From an uncultured Desulfurococcales archaeon (GTDB lineage Archaea; Thermoproteota; Thermoprotei_A; CAZTBM01; SZUA-1508): a DNA stretch of 64,000 nt. Positions 1 through 9,469 of the stretch are shown in pieces; positions within the stretch are counted from its first letter, which is position 1; each line of letters starts with the position of its first letter. The stretch lies in assembly GCA_964611985.1 (NCBI GenBank), contig CAZTBM010000005.1, positions 12,403 through 76,402 of the forward strand, read 5' to 3'. The position numbers and the translations under genes are program-made. The notes beneath the pieces are model-generated. The model had not been told where the DNA came from. It was given only the letters and a program-made list of their open reading frames with translations, and did no database searches.

Positions 1-338
1 CCAGGTCTAATGTCGCTTGGTATCTTGAAGTATGCATGCCATGATTTAAATGTCGAGTTATAGCTTACCTTTACAAACTCTAGCGTTGCATCGGCAAAAT
101 CATTGTAGATGAATGCTTCGAAACCAGATAGTTTAGCTGTTTTATCTAATGCTATCCTAACCTCGAGTAACCCACCCTGTAGTACAGGTTCTGGTATACT
201 TGGTAAGGGATATTTTACTACTTTAGCAAAATATGTTATCTTACCTTGAGTTATTGGCAGACTAGTTATTAATGCAGCGGATAATACTATAATGATAATT
301 AACGATAGTGTAATGTGGGCTTTCTTATTCAAGCTCAT
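1..338 (-). CDS. hypothetical secreted or membrane-anchored protein, N-terminal part only (gene runs off the window start)
   Basis: Minus-strand frame is open from the ATG at 336-338 to position 1 with no stops. It begins MSLNKKAHITLSLIIIIVLSAALITSL, a basic n-region followed by a hydrophobic core. It is absent from the ORF track because it is truncated. Confidence 0.4.
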   Translation of the reverse strand, partial: MSLNKKAHITLSLIIIIVLSAALITSLPITQGKITYFAKVVKYPLPSIPEPVLQGGLLEVRIALDKTAKLSGFEAFIYNDFADATLEFVKVSYNSTFKSWHAYFKIPSDIRP

Positions 339-423
339 AACAACACCTAAGTTTACACTTTTATTCTGGAATACAATTACTAAGAGGTATTAGAAAAACT
401 TATTCTATTATGAATAGACTATG

Positions 424-1530
424 TTAGACCCTGAGCTCTCTGCTATAGGCTACTTCACCTGCCTCTCTCAAAGGTAAGATTATAGTATTTATGTATGGTA
501 TGTAAACTGTGATCTTCTCTCCACGCTTAAGTACTAAGTCAGAGCTTACATTAGCTAGAATTGCTGTTTTCCCAATCTTTATTCTAAGCTCTGTGTAAGG
601 GCCAGTGAATGAAACCCAGTCTATTATACCATTAAATTCATTGGATGGCTTATTTAGTTTTTCTATGTAAAAATCTTCAGGCCTTAATATTATCGCAACT
701 TCTTCGTCTATTTTAACCTTTATATCACGAGCTGGGATGACTCCAGTGATTTTGTGATCCCCATGTAGTACTGTAACCATATCCTCTTTAATTGAGTGTA
801 CGATTCCCTTAAGAATAGTACATCGACCTAAGAATGAGGCAACGAAGAGGTTTTGTGGACGTCTGTAAACTTCCCGAGGCTCACCTACTTGCATTATTCT
901 ACCTTGATTCATTACTGCTATCCTATCAGATATGACCATAGCCTCTTCTTGGTCATGTGTTACATATATTGCTGTTATACCAAGCTTCTTTTGCAGTCTT
1001 TTGATTTCTTCTCTCATTTCAATTCTAAGTTTAGCATCAAGATTACTTAGTGGCTCATCTAATAGTAGGACTCTCGGCTCTATTACTAGTGCTCTTGCTA
1101 AGGCTACACGTTGCTGTTGACCACCACTAAGCTGAGTAGGATATCGATTTTCTAATCCTCTAAGTTTGACTAGTTCAAGTACTTCTAGCACCTTTCTCCT
1201 AATCTCCTCTTTAGGTACTCTCCGTATCTTTAACCCATACGCTATGTTGTCAAATACTGTCATGTGAGGCCATAGTGCATAGTTCTGAAAAACCATTCCA
1301 GTATTTCTCTTATATGGTGGCAGTTCAGTTACATTCTCATCATCAAAATATATTTCACCTTCATCCGGATATTCTAAACCAGCAATAATCCTTAAGGTAG
1401 TTGTTTTTCCACACCCACTAGGTCCAAGAAATGTAAAGAACTCTCCATGCTCAATCTTTAGTGTTATCCTGTCTGCTGCTATTACTTCGCCAAACCTTTT
1501 TGTTATATTTTTTAATGTCACGGTTACCAT
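424..1530 (-). CDS. ABC transporter ATP-binding protein (PotA/MalK/FbpC-like importer ATPase with C-terminal regulatory/OB domain)
   Basis: Walker A GPSGCGKTT, ABC signature LSGGQQQRVALARAL, Walker B LLLDEPLS and H-loop YVTHDQ. It lies 3 nt downstream of the permease gene. Confidence 0.9.
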   Translation of the reverse strand: MVTVTLKNITKRFGEVIAADRITLKIEHGEFFTFLGPSGCGKTTTLRIIAGLEYPDEGEIYFDDENVTELPPYKRNTGMVFQNYALWPHMTVFDNIAYGLKIRRVPKEEIRRKVLEVLELVKLRGLENRYPTQLSGGQQQRVALARALVIEPRVLLLDEPLSNLDAKLRIEMREEIKRLQKKLGITAIYVTHDQEEAMVISDRIAVMNQGRIMQVGEPREVYRRPQNLFVASFLGRCTILKGIVHSIKEDMVTVLHGDHKITGVIPARDIKVKIDEEVAIILRPEDFYIEKLNKPSNEFNGIIDWVSFTGPYTELRIKIGKTAILANVSSDLVLKRGEKITVYIPYINTIILPLREAGEVAYSRELRV

Positions 1531-1533
1531 GGT

Positions 1534-3420
1534 TTAGACACCTAGGAAGGCTACTCTCTGTTTAAGTATATAGTTTGAAACTGTAATAGCTATTATCTGT
1601 AATGTCATGAGGAGTACTCCTAGAGCAGCAGCTATGCTTACTGTTCCTACAGCTGCACTAGCATAGATGAGCTGGCTCATCTCGAAAGTTATTGGTCCTT
1701 GAGCTGGGTTAAGGTTACTAAGAGTTATGCTTGTGCTGACTTCACTCATAGAGTAAACGAAAGATAATATTGCTCCGCCAATTATATTAGCTGAAATTAA
1801 AGGTAGAACTATTCTAAAGAATGTTACTGTGCGGCTAGCTCCTAGGTTAAGTGATGCCTCTTCTAAACTTACATGCGTTTGCTGTAAACCGGCGAAAACT
1901 GCTCTAACTGTGAATGGAAGTCTACGAACAGTATAAGTAAATATGAGTAGAAGGCCTGGGTTAATGAAGGGATCAAGCGGCGTTTCAGAGAACACTACGC
2001 TAAAGAATACAAGATAGCCTACGGCAACAATTATTCCAGGAACTGCTATAGGTATTGTTGATAGGGCATCAAGAAAATCTCTTCCAGGTATGCGTCTACG
2101 TGCAACAACATATGCCGCGCTTGTACCTACAAGCACGATTAATAGTACTGCCGACCCAGCATACATCATACTATTCATTATTGATCTAAGAACTTCAGAT
2201 TTAGAAATTAACGAGTACAAGTATTCAGTTGTAAACTTTGTTGGATAAGGTAATCCACTAATGCCCCAATCAGTAAAAGCTAGTAAGACTACACCTATTT
2301 GAGGGTATGCTGAGATTATAACTAATGGTATAAGGAAAGCATAGATCGCTATGAGTCCTTTAATTTTTGGTCTTCTTACTCTAGGACTCCATCTTCCACC
2401 TTTACTTAACATGGCATATTGCTTTAGAGTTACATACTTCTTTATTCCAAGAAATGCTGTTGCCGCTAGTAGCAATAATATGACTGCCAAAGCATACGTA
2501 GTTGGGTGTACCTGTCCTAATTGTGACGCTTTACGAAATTCATCATAGATCTTAAATGATATAAGCTTAGTATAAAGTCCTTCTCCGAAGGCCCCACTTA
2601 AACCTATAGGTGCCCCAAGATCCTCCATACTAAATATGAAGACTATTGTAGCGCCAGCCATAAGCCCAGGGAGTGCTAGAGGTAGTGTTACTGTTCTGAA
2701 TAGTTTAAACCCTTTGGCACCAAGGTTTTCGGCTTGCTCCTCTAATGAGGGATCAATATTGATAATAGCTGATAAAGTGTTTAAATAAACTATAGGGAAA
2801 TAGCTTAATGTTTGTATAAGTATTACAGCTGGTAAACCGGAAATTATTATCCTATATGGAATTATATGTAATGTATCAAAAAATATATAGTTTAATAGAC
2901 CATAGGGTCCAAGCACTCTACCTAACACATACGCGTTAACAAATGGTGTAGCAAGCATAGGAATAAGCAATACCACTCTAAATAACATTTTACCTGGAAA
3001 ATCATATCTTGCCATAATGAATGCTGCTACAAGCCCTAATATAGATGTGAATATCGTGACAACTACCGCGACGAATATAGTATTAAGTATATATCCGAAA
3101 TCAGGTCCCTCAACTCCTATAGCTAATATTCTTTCAGTTACTAGTACTCTTGACCCGTTAGGTAAGATTCTGAATTTATATCTCTCCTCTACCTTAATCC
3201 AAGTGCCTTTAGGAGGTATCTTTATCATTTCTTTATCAGATGCTATATCTTCAAAATGTTTAAACGTAAAAGAGCCTTCATGAATAAACGCGCTTACGAG
3301 CATTGAGAATATAGGTACGAGTAAGAAAAAAATCAGAATGGAAAATGCTATTATGACTTGTATTATAGTTAGTCTATCAAATTCTCTTCTTAGCAGTTTT
3401 ATTCGCTGCGCTAATTGCAT
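1534..3420 (-). CDS. ABC transporter permease, fused double-domain type (FbpB/ThiP-like, about 12 TM)
   Basis: 628 aa and highly hydrophobic, with two repeated permease halves. It sits in an operon between the binding protein and the ATPase. Confidence 0.85.
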   Translation of the reverse strand: MQLAQRIKLLRREFDRLTIIQVIIAFSILIFFLLVPIFSMLVSAFIHEGSFTFKHFEDIASDKEMIKIPPKGTWIKVEERYKFRILPNGSRVLVTERILAIGVEGPDFGYILNTIFVAVVVTIFTSILGLVAAFIMARYDFPGKMLFRVVLLIPMLATPFVNAYVLGRVLGPYGLLNYIFFDTLHIIPYRIIISGLPAVILIQTLSYFPIVYLNTLSAIINIDPSLEEQAENLGAKGFKLFRTVTLPLALPGLMAGATIVFIFSMEDLGAPIGLSGAFGEGLYTKLISFKIYDEFRKASQLGQVHPTTYALAVILLLLAATAFLGIKKYVTLKQYAMLSKGGRWSPRVRRPKIKGLIAIYAFLIPLVIISAYPQIGVVLLAFTDWGISGLPYPTKFTTEYLYSLISKSEVLRSIMNSMMYAGSAVLLIVLVGTSAAYVVARRRIPGRDFLDALSTIPIAVPGIIVAVGYLVFFSVVFSETPLDPFINPGLLLIFTYTVRRLPFTVRAVFAGLQQTHVSLEEASLNLGASRTVTFFRIVLPLISANIIGGAILSFVYSMSEVSTSITLSNLNPAQGPITFEMSQLIYASAAVGTVSIAAALGVLLMTLQIIAITVSNYILKQRVAFLGV

Positions 3421-3435
3421 TTTTCATAGCCTCTT

Positions 3436-5196
3436 TTAGCTGCCTAGTAGTTCTTTGAGCTTACTTTCTACAGCTAAGTATCTCTCTTCTGCAGCTTTTC
3501 TCCACGCCTTAACTAAGTCCATTCTATAATAGGCATCCTTTATTATTAGTGGGTTAATTTTCTGTGCAAATTCCTGTGTGAATGTTGCCTCCTTCCCAGT
3601 CTTTGGATCAATGAATTTAAGCTTTGACGGATTACCTAACTCGTCAATTAGCTCTTTGAAGGTTTTAGCGTTTATTTTACCCTTGAGCCTAGCTATCGCT
3701 AGCTCTTTCCAGACCTTCTGTAATGTATCATGTGGTAATGTTATTGCCGCATGGAAGAACCATCTTAAGGCCTCTTCATATGATAATGCTAATTCATCAC
3801 TAAACTCTATTGTTGATGCTTTTAATGTACTCTTATATGCTTCATAAAGATCTGATCTCTTTTTGCCTTCGGGGGTCTCAAATACTTTAGCATTTACTGG
3901 CATACGATTAATGTTTTCATCGAGCCATATCTTTTGTCCTTCGACGCTTAGAACCCAAGCTATGAATGCTTGTGCCGCTTCTGGATGTTTGCTTGTAGTG
4001 AGCAGTGCTATTGGATCACCATTAACTATTGTTCCATCCTTCGGCAGGATGTACTTACATATTCCTGGATTCTGTATTTGAGCTGTGTAGCCATAGAAGT
4101 CTATTGTTATACCTACACCGATATCTCCTCTTATAACAGCGTCTCTCACAAGCCCTGACTGATCGTATATTCTTGAGTTAGCACCCATTAGCGTTATTAT
4201 CTTCCATCCTTCATTCCATCCATAAGCTTGTACAATGATTTCATACATTCTAGTATTACTTGTACTTCTTGTTGCATCTGCGACGCCCACACTTGGAGCA
4301 GGGAGCGTTATCGCATAAGTTTCGTTAGCTAGACTTATCCATGAATCTGGCATTGGCAGACCCATTTTCTCAAGGTACTTCTTATTTATTGTAAAGCCGA
4401 AGGACGCTATTGCAGCTGCAACCCAGACTATTTTACCTTCTTTATTTAACCTCTTCATTGATGAGCCTGCAATATTGTCTGGTATTTCTTTAATGACTTT
4501 CATAACCTCATCACTTGATAGCGGGGCTAAAAGGCCCTCCATATTCAACATATCAAAGAGTGTTGGACCCCCACCCCAGGCTACGTCGATTTCCTTACCA
4601 GGCTTCTTTGCGCTAAGCTTGATTAAGTCTATCCACTGGCTTGGGTCTACAGGTAACCATCTGATATCAACAATTCTGTATTTCTTTGCTAATTCACTTT
4701 TAAGAAAGGCCCCTTTAGCTCTATCCAATATATCATAGCCATGTCTAGTTATCACTCTTAATACTACTTCCTCTGTAGGCGTAGGAGTAGGTGACGTAGT
4801 TGTTGTGGTTGCGGTAGTTGTCACCGTAGTTGTCGGTGTTGTAGTTGTAGTAGTGGCTGTTGTTGTCGTAGTTGTTACTGTTGTGGGGGTCGTTACAGTT
4901 GTTGTAGCAGGAGTCGTAGTTTTTGTTGGTGTAGTAGCTGTAGTAGTCTCAGTTACTGTTGTGGTAGTTATTTCTGTTGGTGTTGTTGTCGTAATTGTTG
5001 TAGTAGTTGTTGTGATCGTGGTAGGTGTATATGTGGTTGTAGGTGATGTTACTGTTGTGGTTGTTGTGGTTGGTGTTGTCTCTACCGGTTTGGGCTTGAA
5101 TACATACTGTGAGACAGCGAATATAGAGGCTACTATTACTACAAGTATGACTATTCCGATTATCATTCTAGAGCTAACAGCTTTATACGCGACCAT
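3436..5196 (-). CDS. ABC transporter substrate-binding protein with N-terminal membrane anchor and ~100-aa Thr/Pro-rich stalk
   Basis: N-terminal TM segment IIGIVILVVIVASIFAV is followed by a poly-Thr linker (aa 40-141) and then a periplasmic-binding-protein-like domain. It is the first gene of the ABC operon. Confidence 0.8.
   Translation of the reverse strand: MVAYKAVSSRMIIGIVILVVIVASIFAVSQYVFKPKPVETTPTTTTTTVTSPTTTYTPTTITTTTTTITTTTPTEITTTTVTETTTATTPTKTTTPATTTVTTPTTVTTTTTTATTTTTTPTTTVTTTATTTTTSPTPTPTEEVVLRVITRHGYDILDRAKGAFLKSELAKKYRIVDIRWLPVDPSQWIDLIKLSAKKPGKEIDVAWGGGPTLFDMLNMEGLLAPLSSDEVMKVIKEIPDNIAGSSMKRLNKEGKIVWVAAAIASFGFTINKKYLEKMGLPMPDSWISLANETYAITLPAPSVGVADATRSTSNTRMYEIIVQAYGWNEGWKIITLMGANSRIYDQSGLVRDAVIRGDIGVGITIDFYGYTAQIQNPGICKYILPKDGTIVNGDPIALLTTSKHPEAAQAFIAWVLSVEGQKIWLDENINRMPVNAKVFETPEGKKRSDLYEAYKSTLKASTIEFSDELALSYEEALRWFFHAAITLPHDTLQKVWKELAIARLKGKINAKTFKELIDELGNPSKLKFIDPKTGKEATFTQEFAQKINPLIIKDAYYRMDLVKAWRKAAEERYLAVESKLKELLGS
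4774..5079 (-). repeat. low-complexity Thr/Pro-rich coding tract (probable O-glycosylated stalk)
   Basis: About 100 consecutive codons are dominated by ACN (Thr) with scattered Pro, Val and Ile. On the plus strand this reads as GTN-rich poly-Val. Confidence 0.85.
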
Positions 5197-5283
5197 AAAA
5201 GATCACTCCCTAAGCTTCAACTATAAACTCTAAGACATGTAATATTTAACCTTACTTATTGAGTTATCTGAGAATTTTAGTGA

Positions 5284-6144
5284 TTAAGGATAAACACCGT
5301 ATGTTTCAATAATGTTATCAATGTTTATTCTTTCCAGGTACTCTCTACTAACAATTTTTTGATTTAGAAGTTCCAGTTCGTGTTCCACCATAACCCAAGG
5401 GTAAATTACTACTCCCGGCCTTCTAGGGTCATCTAAATGATCACTTTCAACCATGAATACTGGTGGTATCATGTCAAGTTTAGTTAGTACGCTAAAAGTT
5501 CCAGGAACCGTAGTACTGAACCCTAAATGTATAGCTTCTTCAAGCAATGTTGGATCGGTAACATGGTGTAGTATTATTTTTCTCCTATCCTTGAGTCCTA
5601 TCATTTTACATATCCTGTGGATATAGTTAGCTGTTACTATTCCTCCGTTCTCCATATGTAAATGTACTATGAAATCATAGTCTTTAGCTGCATCTAGGGC
5701 TTTCATTAAGAGCATTTCAGATACTGCAATCCGCTCAGGCGAAGTCTTGTAATGTTGTCTTCCAACTTCACCTATACCGTCAATTAAGCCCTCTTTACAC
5801 ATATCTATGAGTGCATCTAAGACTCTATCTAATAGGTTATAAGCTTCATCTAGTCTATAATTATATTTGTCAATTAATTTGTCTATATCAGCAGGATGAA
5901 CACCAGCAAAACACTTACATTTTATACCCAATTCCTTAGCAGTCTTACACTCTTTGATTATAATTCTTGCAGAAACCAAATAATGTTCATATGTAGGATC
6001 TAGCCCGTAATGCCACGGAGCAAGAGAGACTAAGGCCATAAACCAACCATTTACTTCTTTAAATTTAGGTACTATACTTCTTACACCTAGCCCCCTAACA
6101 GGATTGGTATGTGTATGCGCGTCTGAAAATAAAAGTTTAGTCAT
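5284..6144 (-). CDS. TatD-family metal-dependent hydrolase
   Basis: Motifs occur in TatD order: SDAHTHTNP (HxH), GIGEVGRQH, FIVHLHMEN, IILHHVTD and VESDHLDDP. Confidence 0.7.
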   Translation of the reverse strand: MTKLLFSDAHTHTNPVRGLGVRSIVPKFKEVNGWFMALVSLAPWHYGLDPTYEHYLVSARIIIKECKTAKELGIKCKCFAGVHPADIDKLIDKYNYRLDEAYNLLDRVLDALIDMCKEGLIDGIGEVGRQHYKTSPERIAVSEMLLMKALDAAKDYDFIVHLHMENGGIVTANYIHRICKMIGLKDRRKIILHHVTDPTLLEEAIHLGFSTTVPGTFSVLTKLDMIPPVFMVESDHLDDPRRPGVVIYPWVMVEHELELLNQKIVSREYLERINIDNIIETYGVYP

Positions 6145-6401
6145 CCACCACTCACCCTGAAAAACTTTAGTCAGTGAAGGACCACTTCCTCATCCCCCGG
6201 CCTTTTCTTACTGTTTCCCCGGGGATTTTTACCTCGGTTGTGGTAGGGGCCTCATCACACTCTACATATTATTTTCTTATCGTTTTATAAATTTAATACT
6301 AGTTTATGCAGCGGGATATATACAGGTAGTGGTATACAATCAATATAGAAAATAATATATTCTCCTATCCATATTAATTCTTTCTTGAGGGAGAGTTCTC
6401 C

Positions 6402-8678
6402 ATGAAAGTAAATGCTAAGAAAATACTCTCAGTATTAATACTGTTAACGTTGGTACTAAGTGTAACAGTAAGCCTAAGCACAGCTATAGTGAAAGCTCAG
6501 AAACCTATTGTTGCTGTTTTTGCTAAAGGCCTTTTGGACCCCGATGCTGACCCTCTACTTAAGGCTATGAGAGGTAATATCACCGAGGTCGAGTGGAAAG
6601 TTTTCACGGACACTATAACCTTTGACGGCATTAAAGATGCTAAAATGCTCATATGGGTGCTTGTTGATACGGGGTTAAATGTAACAGATGAAGAACTAAA
6701 GGTAATCAAGGACTGGTTTAACCTCGGCGGTAGAACCCTATGGGTTTGTGGAGACAGTGATTATAAGGGTGGAGACTTTAAACGTATTCCACCAGCAAAC
6801 GCAATATTAGAGACTGTAGGCAGCGTTCTTAGAAATGAACATTGTGAGGCAGTAGACAGAGAGAGTAATATTGGTGGTAGACCATACAGAGTAGCCGCAA
6901 TAATTGACCCTGATCCTGAAGTAGACTTCTTAAAGGACGGTGTTGAGAAACCAGTACTATTCCATGGACCTGGAGCAGTGGTAGCCTACAAAGACGGTAA
7001 ATGGATAAAGTTAGAGAAAGAAAAAGTACCTAACGTATACAGAATTGCCTGGACCACTGAGAAAGGCGCCATAGCGGAATTCGTGAAACCACTACCTCAA
7101 ACACATGACATTGGTGAAGAAGGCAAGTTTGTATTGATGGCGGCAGAAGTATTCCCGAAGAAAGATAACCTCGTAATACTTAGTGCTGAAGCACCCTTTG
7201 ATCATTATCAGGGTATGTGGACACCAGAATACAAAGGAATAGCCCTTGATGGCCCAAGATTCATCAAGAACGTCATATTATGGGGTGTGGGATTACTAGG
7301 AGAGAGAATACCTAAGCCAAAGCCTTTAGTTGCAGTGTTCGCTAAAGGACTATTATCACCAACAGGTGATGCTCTACTTAACGCCATGATGGGTAATATC
7401 ACTAGCGTTAAGTGGAAAGTATTTACTGACACTATAACATTTAAGGACATAAAGGACGCTAAAATGTTAATAATGGTATTAGTTGATACAGGTCTGACCT
7501 ATACCGAGGATGAATTGAAAGCTATAAAGGAGTGGTTCGATCAAGGCGGTAGAACCCTATGGGTTTGTGGTGACTCAGACTATAAAGGCGGGGACTTCAA
7601 GAGAATACCACCAGCAAACTCAGTTCTAGAGACAGTCGGTAGTGTACTTAGAAACGAGCACTGTGAAGGTGTTGATAGAGAGAGTAATATTGGTGGTAGA
7701 CCATACAGAGTAGCCGCAATAATACAGCCAGACACTGAAGCATGGTTCCTAGCAATGGGTATTAAACGTCCAGTACTATTCCATGGACCCGGTGTTGTCG
7801 TAGCTTATAAGGATGGCAAATGGATTAAACTAGAGAAGGAGAGACCACCAAACGTCATTAGAATTGCCTGGACTACCGAGAAGGGTGCAATAGCAGAGTT
7901 TGTGAAACCACTACCAGAAGTGCATGATATAGGTGAGGAAGGAAAATTCGTATTAATGGCCGCCGAAATCATGCCAGAAAAGAAGAATATTGTAATACTT
8001 AGTGCTGAAGCACCCTTTGATCATTATCAGGGTATGTGGACACCAGAATACAAAGGAATACCTCTAAATGGACCTGAATTCGTTCAAAACATTATACTAT
8101 GGGGTGTAGGGTTACTAGGAGAAAGGATACCAACAGCAATAATACTAAAACAGGAAATAGCAAAATTACAAGCAAAAGAGGAAACCCTAAAGAAAGAGTT
8201 AGAGAAATTAACACATGACCTTAAGGCCAAAGAAGAAGAGGTAAAGAGCCTATCCGAGAAGCTCACAAAGGCCGAAGAAGAGATAAAGAACGTAAAGGCC
8301 GAGTTGGAGAAGACAAAGGGCGAATTAGCTAAGAGGACTAGTGAATTAGAAGCAAAAGCAGCTGAAGTCGAGAAGTTACGTTCAGAGCTAGATAAAGCTA
8401 AGAGCGAATTAAGTAAGAAAGCGGCTGAATTAGAGGCAGCTAAAGCAGAACTTGAGAAGACAAAGGCAGAACTCGAGAGCGTCAAGTCAGAGTTATCTTC
8501 AGTTAAATCAGAGCTTTCACAAGCTAAGAGTAGACTAGGTGACTATGAAAAGAAAGTCAAAAGCTTAGAGGAGGAAGTAGCCTCACTAAGCTCTCAAGTA
8601 CCATGGTACCTAACATTAGGCGTAATAATAGGCATCATCGTTGGAGTGCCTGTAGGAATCTTTATGAAGAAGAAATAA
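6402..8678 (+). CDS. cell-surface protein: signal peptide, two tandem ~273-aa alpha/beta domains, ~150-aa coiled-coil stalk, C-terminal TM anchor
   Basis: Signal-like N-terminus ILSVLILLTLVLSVTVSLSTAIVKA, a duplicated domain (see repeat feature), heptad-rich KAELEKTK/SELxxxKSEL region and terminal WYLTLGVIIGIIVGVPVGIFMKKK. Confidence 0.75.
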   Translation: MKVNAKKILSVLILLTLVLSVTVSLSTAIVKAQKPIVAVFAKGLLDPDADPLLKAMRGNITEVEWKVFTDTITFDGIKDAKMLIWVLVDTGLNVTDEELKVIKDWFNLGGRTLWVCGDSDYKGGDFKRIPPANAILETVGSVLRNEHCEAVDRESNIGGRPYRVAAIIDPDPEVDFLKDGVEKPVLFHGPGAVVAYKDGKWIKLEKEKVPNVYRIAWTTEKGAIAEFVKPLPQTHDIGEEGKFVLMAAEVFPKKDNLVILSAEAPFDHYQGMWTPEYKGIALDGPRFIKNVILWGVGLLGERIPKPKPLVAVFAKGLLSPTGDALLNAMMGNITSVKWKVFTDTITFKDIKDAKMLIMVLVDTGLTYTEDELKAIKEWFDQGGRTLWVCGDSDYKGGDFKRIPPANSVLETVGSVLRNEHCEGVDRESNIGGRPYRVAAIIQPDTEAWFLAMGIKRPVLFHGPGVVVAYKDGKWIKLEKERPPNVIRIAWTTEKGAIAEFVKPLPEVHDIGEEGKFVLMAAEIMPEKKNIVILSAEAPFDHYQGMWTPEYKGIPLNGPEFVQNIILWGVGLLGERIPTAIILKQEIAKLQAKEETLKKELEKLTHDLKAKEEEVKSLSEKLTKAEEEIKNVKAELEKTKGELAKRTSELEAKAAEVEKLRSELDKAKSELSKKAAELEAAKAELEKTKAELESVKSELSSVKSELSQAKSRLGDYEKKVKSLEEEVASLSSQVPWYLTLGVIIGIIVGVPVGIFMKKK
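6495..8132 (+). repeat. intragenic tandem duplication, 2 x 819 bp
   Basis: Unit 1 spans about 6495-7313 and unit 2 about 7314-8132. A 69-nt block is identical between them (7173-7241 = 7992-8060), and further long identical runs are offset by exactly 819 nt (for example near 6858 and 7678). Confidence 0.9.
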
Positions 8679-8715
8679 AGAGATACATGTAAAATTTTAT
8701 AATACTATTTTTCTT

Positions 8716-9087
8716 TTATTCTCTCTCTTCAGAACTTACAGCTTCTGCAGACTGGAATTTTATTGATCTTTCTCGTTTAAATACATCAATCTCTATTTCA
8801 TACTTATCAATTGTTACCTCAAAGTCCCCATCAACTTCTTTATAGTCAAATGATACAGTACCCCTAATCTTTATCAAGTAGTCTTCAGGTAAAGGTATGC
8901 TATATCCATTCTTAGCCAGTACTTCTAAAACCTTGTATGCTAGATGCTTTGTCAGTTTTCTACCAATTTTGTTTATCTTAGACTTTTCTTCTATAGGTAA
9001 CGTTGATTTTAAGGGCCCTGATAATCCTACGGTCACAGCATATACAGGGTCGTTTGCGGCTCTTGTTGTAAACCTAACCTCGACCAT
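8716..9087 (-). CDS. hypothetical protein
   Basis: 123-aa ORF with normal composition. No recognisable motif. Confidence 0.45.
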   Translation of the reverse strand: MVEVRFTTRAANDPVYAVTVGLSGPLKSTLPIEEKSKINKIGRKLTKHLAYKVLEVLAKNGYSIPLPEDYLIKIRGTVSFDYKEVDGDFEVTIDKYEIEIDVFKRERSIKFQSAEAVSSEERE

Positions 9088-9198
9088 TTATTTCCACCTA
9101 GGTTAGAAAATTTAGGCTAAGAGTATATTAACTTTAATGTAATGGGAGAACGCTATACTATTGATTAGATTAATTTAACTATATGATATCCTGAAATT

Positions 9199-9354
9199 CT
9201 AACTTTTTACCGTTATTGTTTTAATTGGCCTCCTAGTTATATGTTTACTCTTTTTCAATACTAATTTATAGCCACAAACGTAACATACGAATTTTCCATT
9301 AATCAGCTTTAGCGGGTTTTGGCAGACAGGACATATAAAATATGTATAGTTCAT
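9199..9354 (-). CDS. small 4-Cys zinc-ribbon protein, Rpo12/RpoP (Rpb12)-like
   Basis: 51-aa ORF below the track cutoff: MNYTYFICPVCQNPLKLINGKFVCYVCGYKLVLKKSKHITRRPIKTITVKS. CxxC...CxxCGYK[IL] followed by a basic tail matches the RNA polymerase subunit P pattern. Confidence 0.5.
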   Translation of the reverse strand: MNYTYFICPVCQNPLKLINGKFVCYVCGYKLVLKKSKHITRRPIKTITVKS

Positions 9355-9469
9355 TTCTGAGTTTAACCTCCAATATTTTATATTACTTTCTCGGGGTAAT
9401 ATATTTTTCTTAAATTACATATATATGCATGCTAGTAATTTTTCTTTATTTAACATCTTTTTGTTATCA

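Noticed and set aside
4805-5233. 142-aa poly-Val ORF on the plus strand
   Set aside because: It is the antisense reading of the Thr-rich (ACN) stalk of the binding-protein gene. It is pure low complexity with no independent start context.
8084-8485. 133-aa Ser/Ala/Phe-rich ORF on the minus strand
   Set aside because: It is antisense to the Lys/Glu coiled-coil region of the surface protein and is a compositional artefact.
8140-8590. Periodic nucleotide repeats that could suggest a CRISPR or tandem repeat array
   Set aside because: The periodicity comes from repeated codons in the coiled-coil protein region (SEL/KAELEK). There is no repeat-spacer structure, and the region lies inside a continuous ORF.
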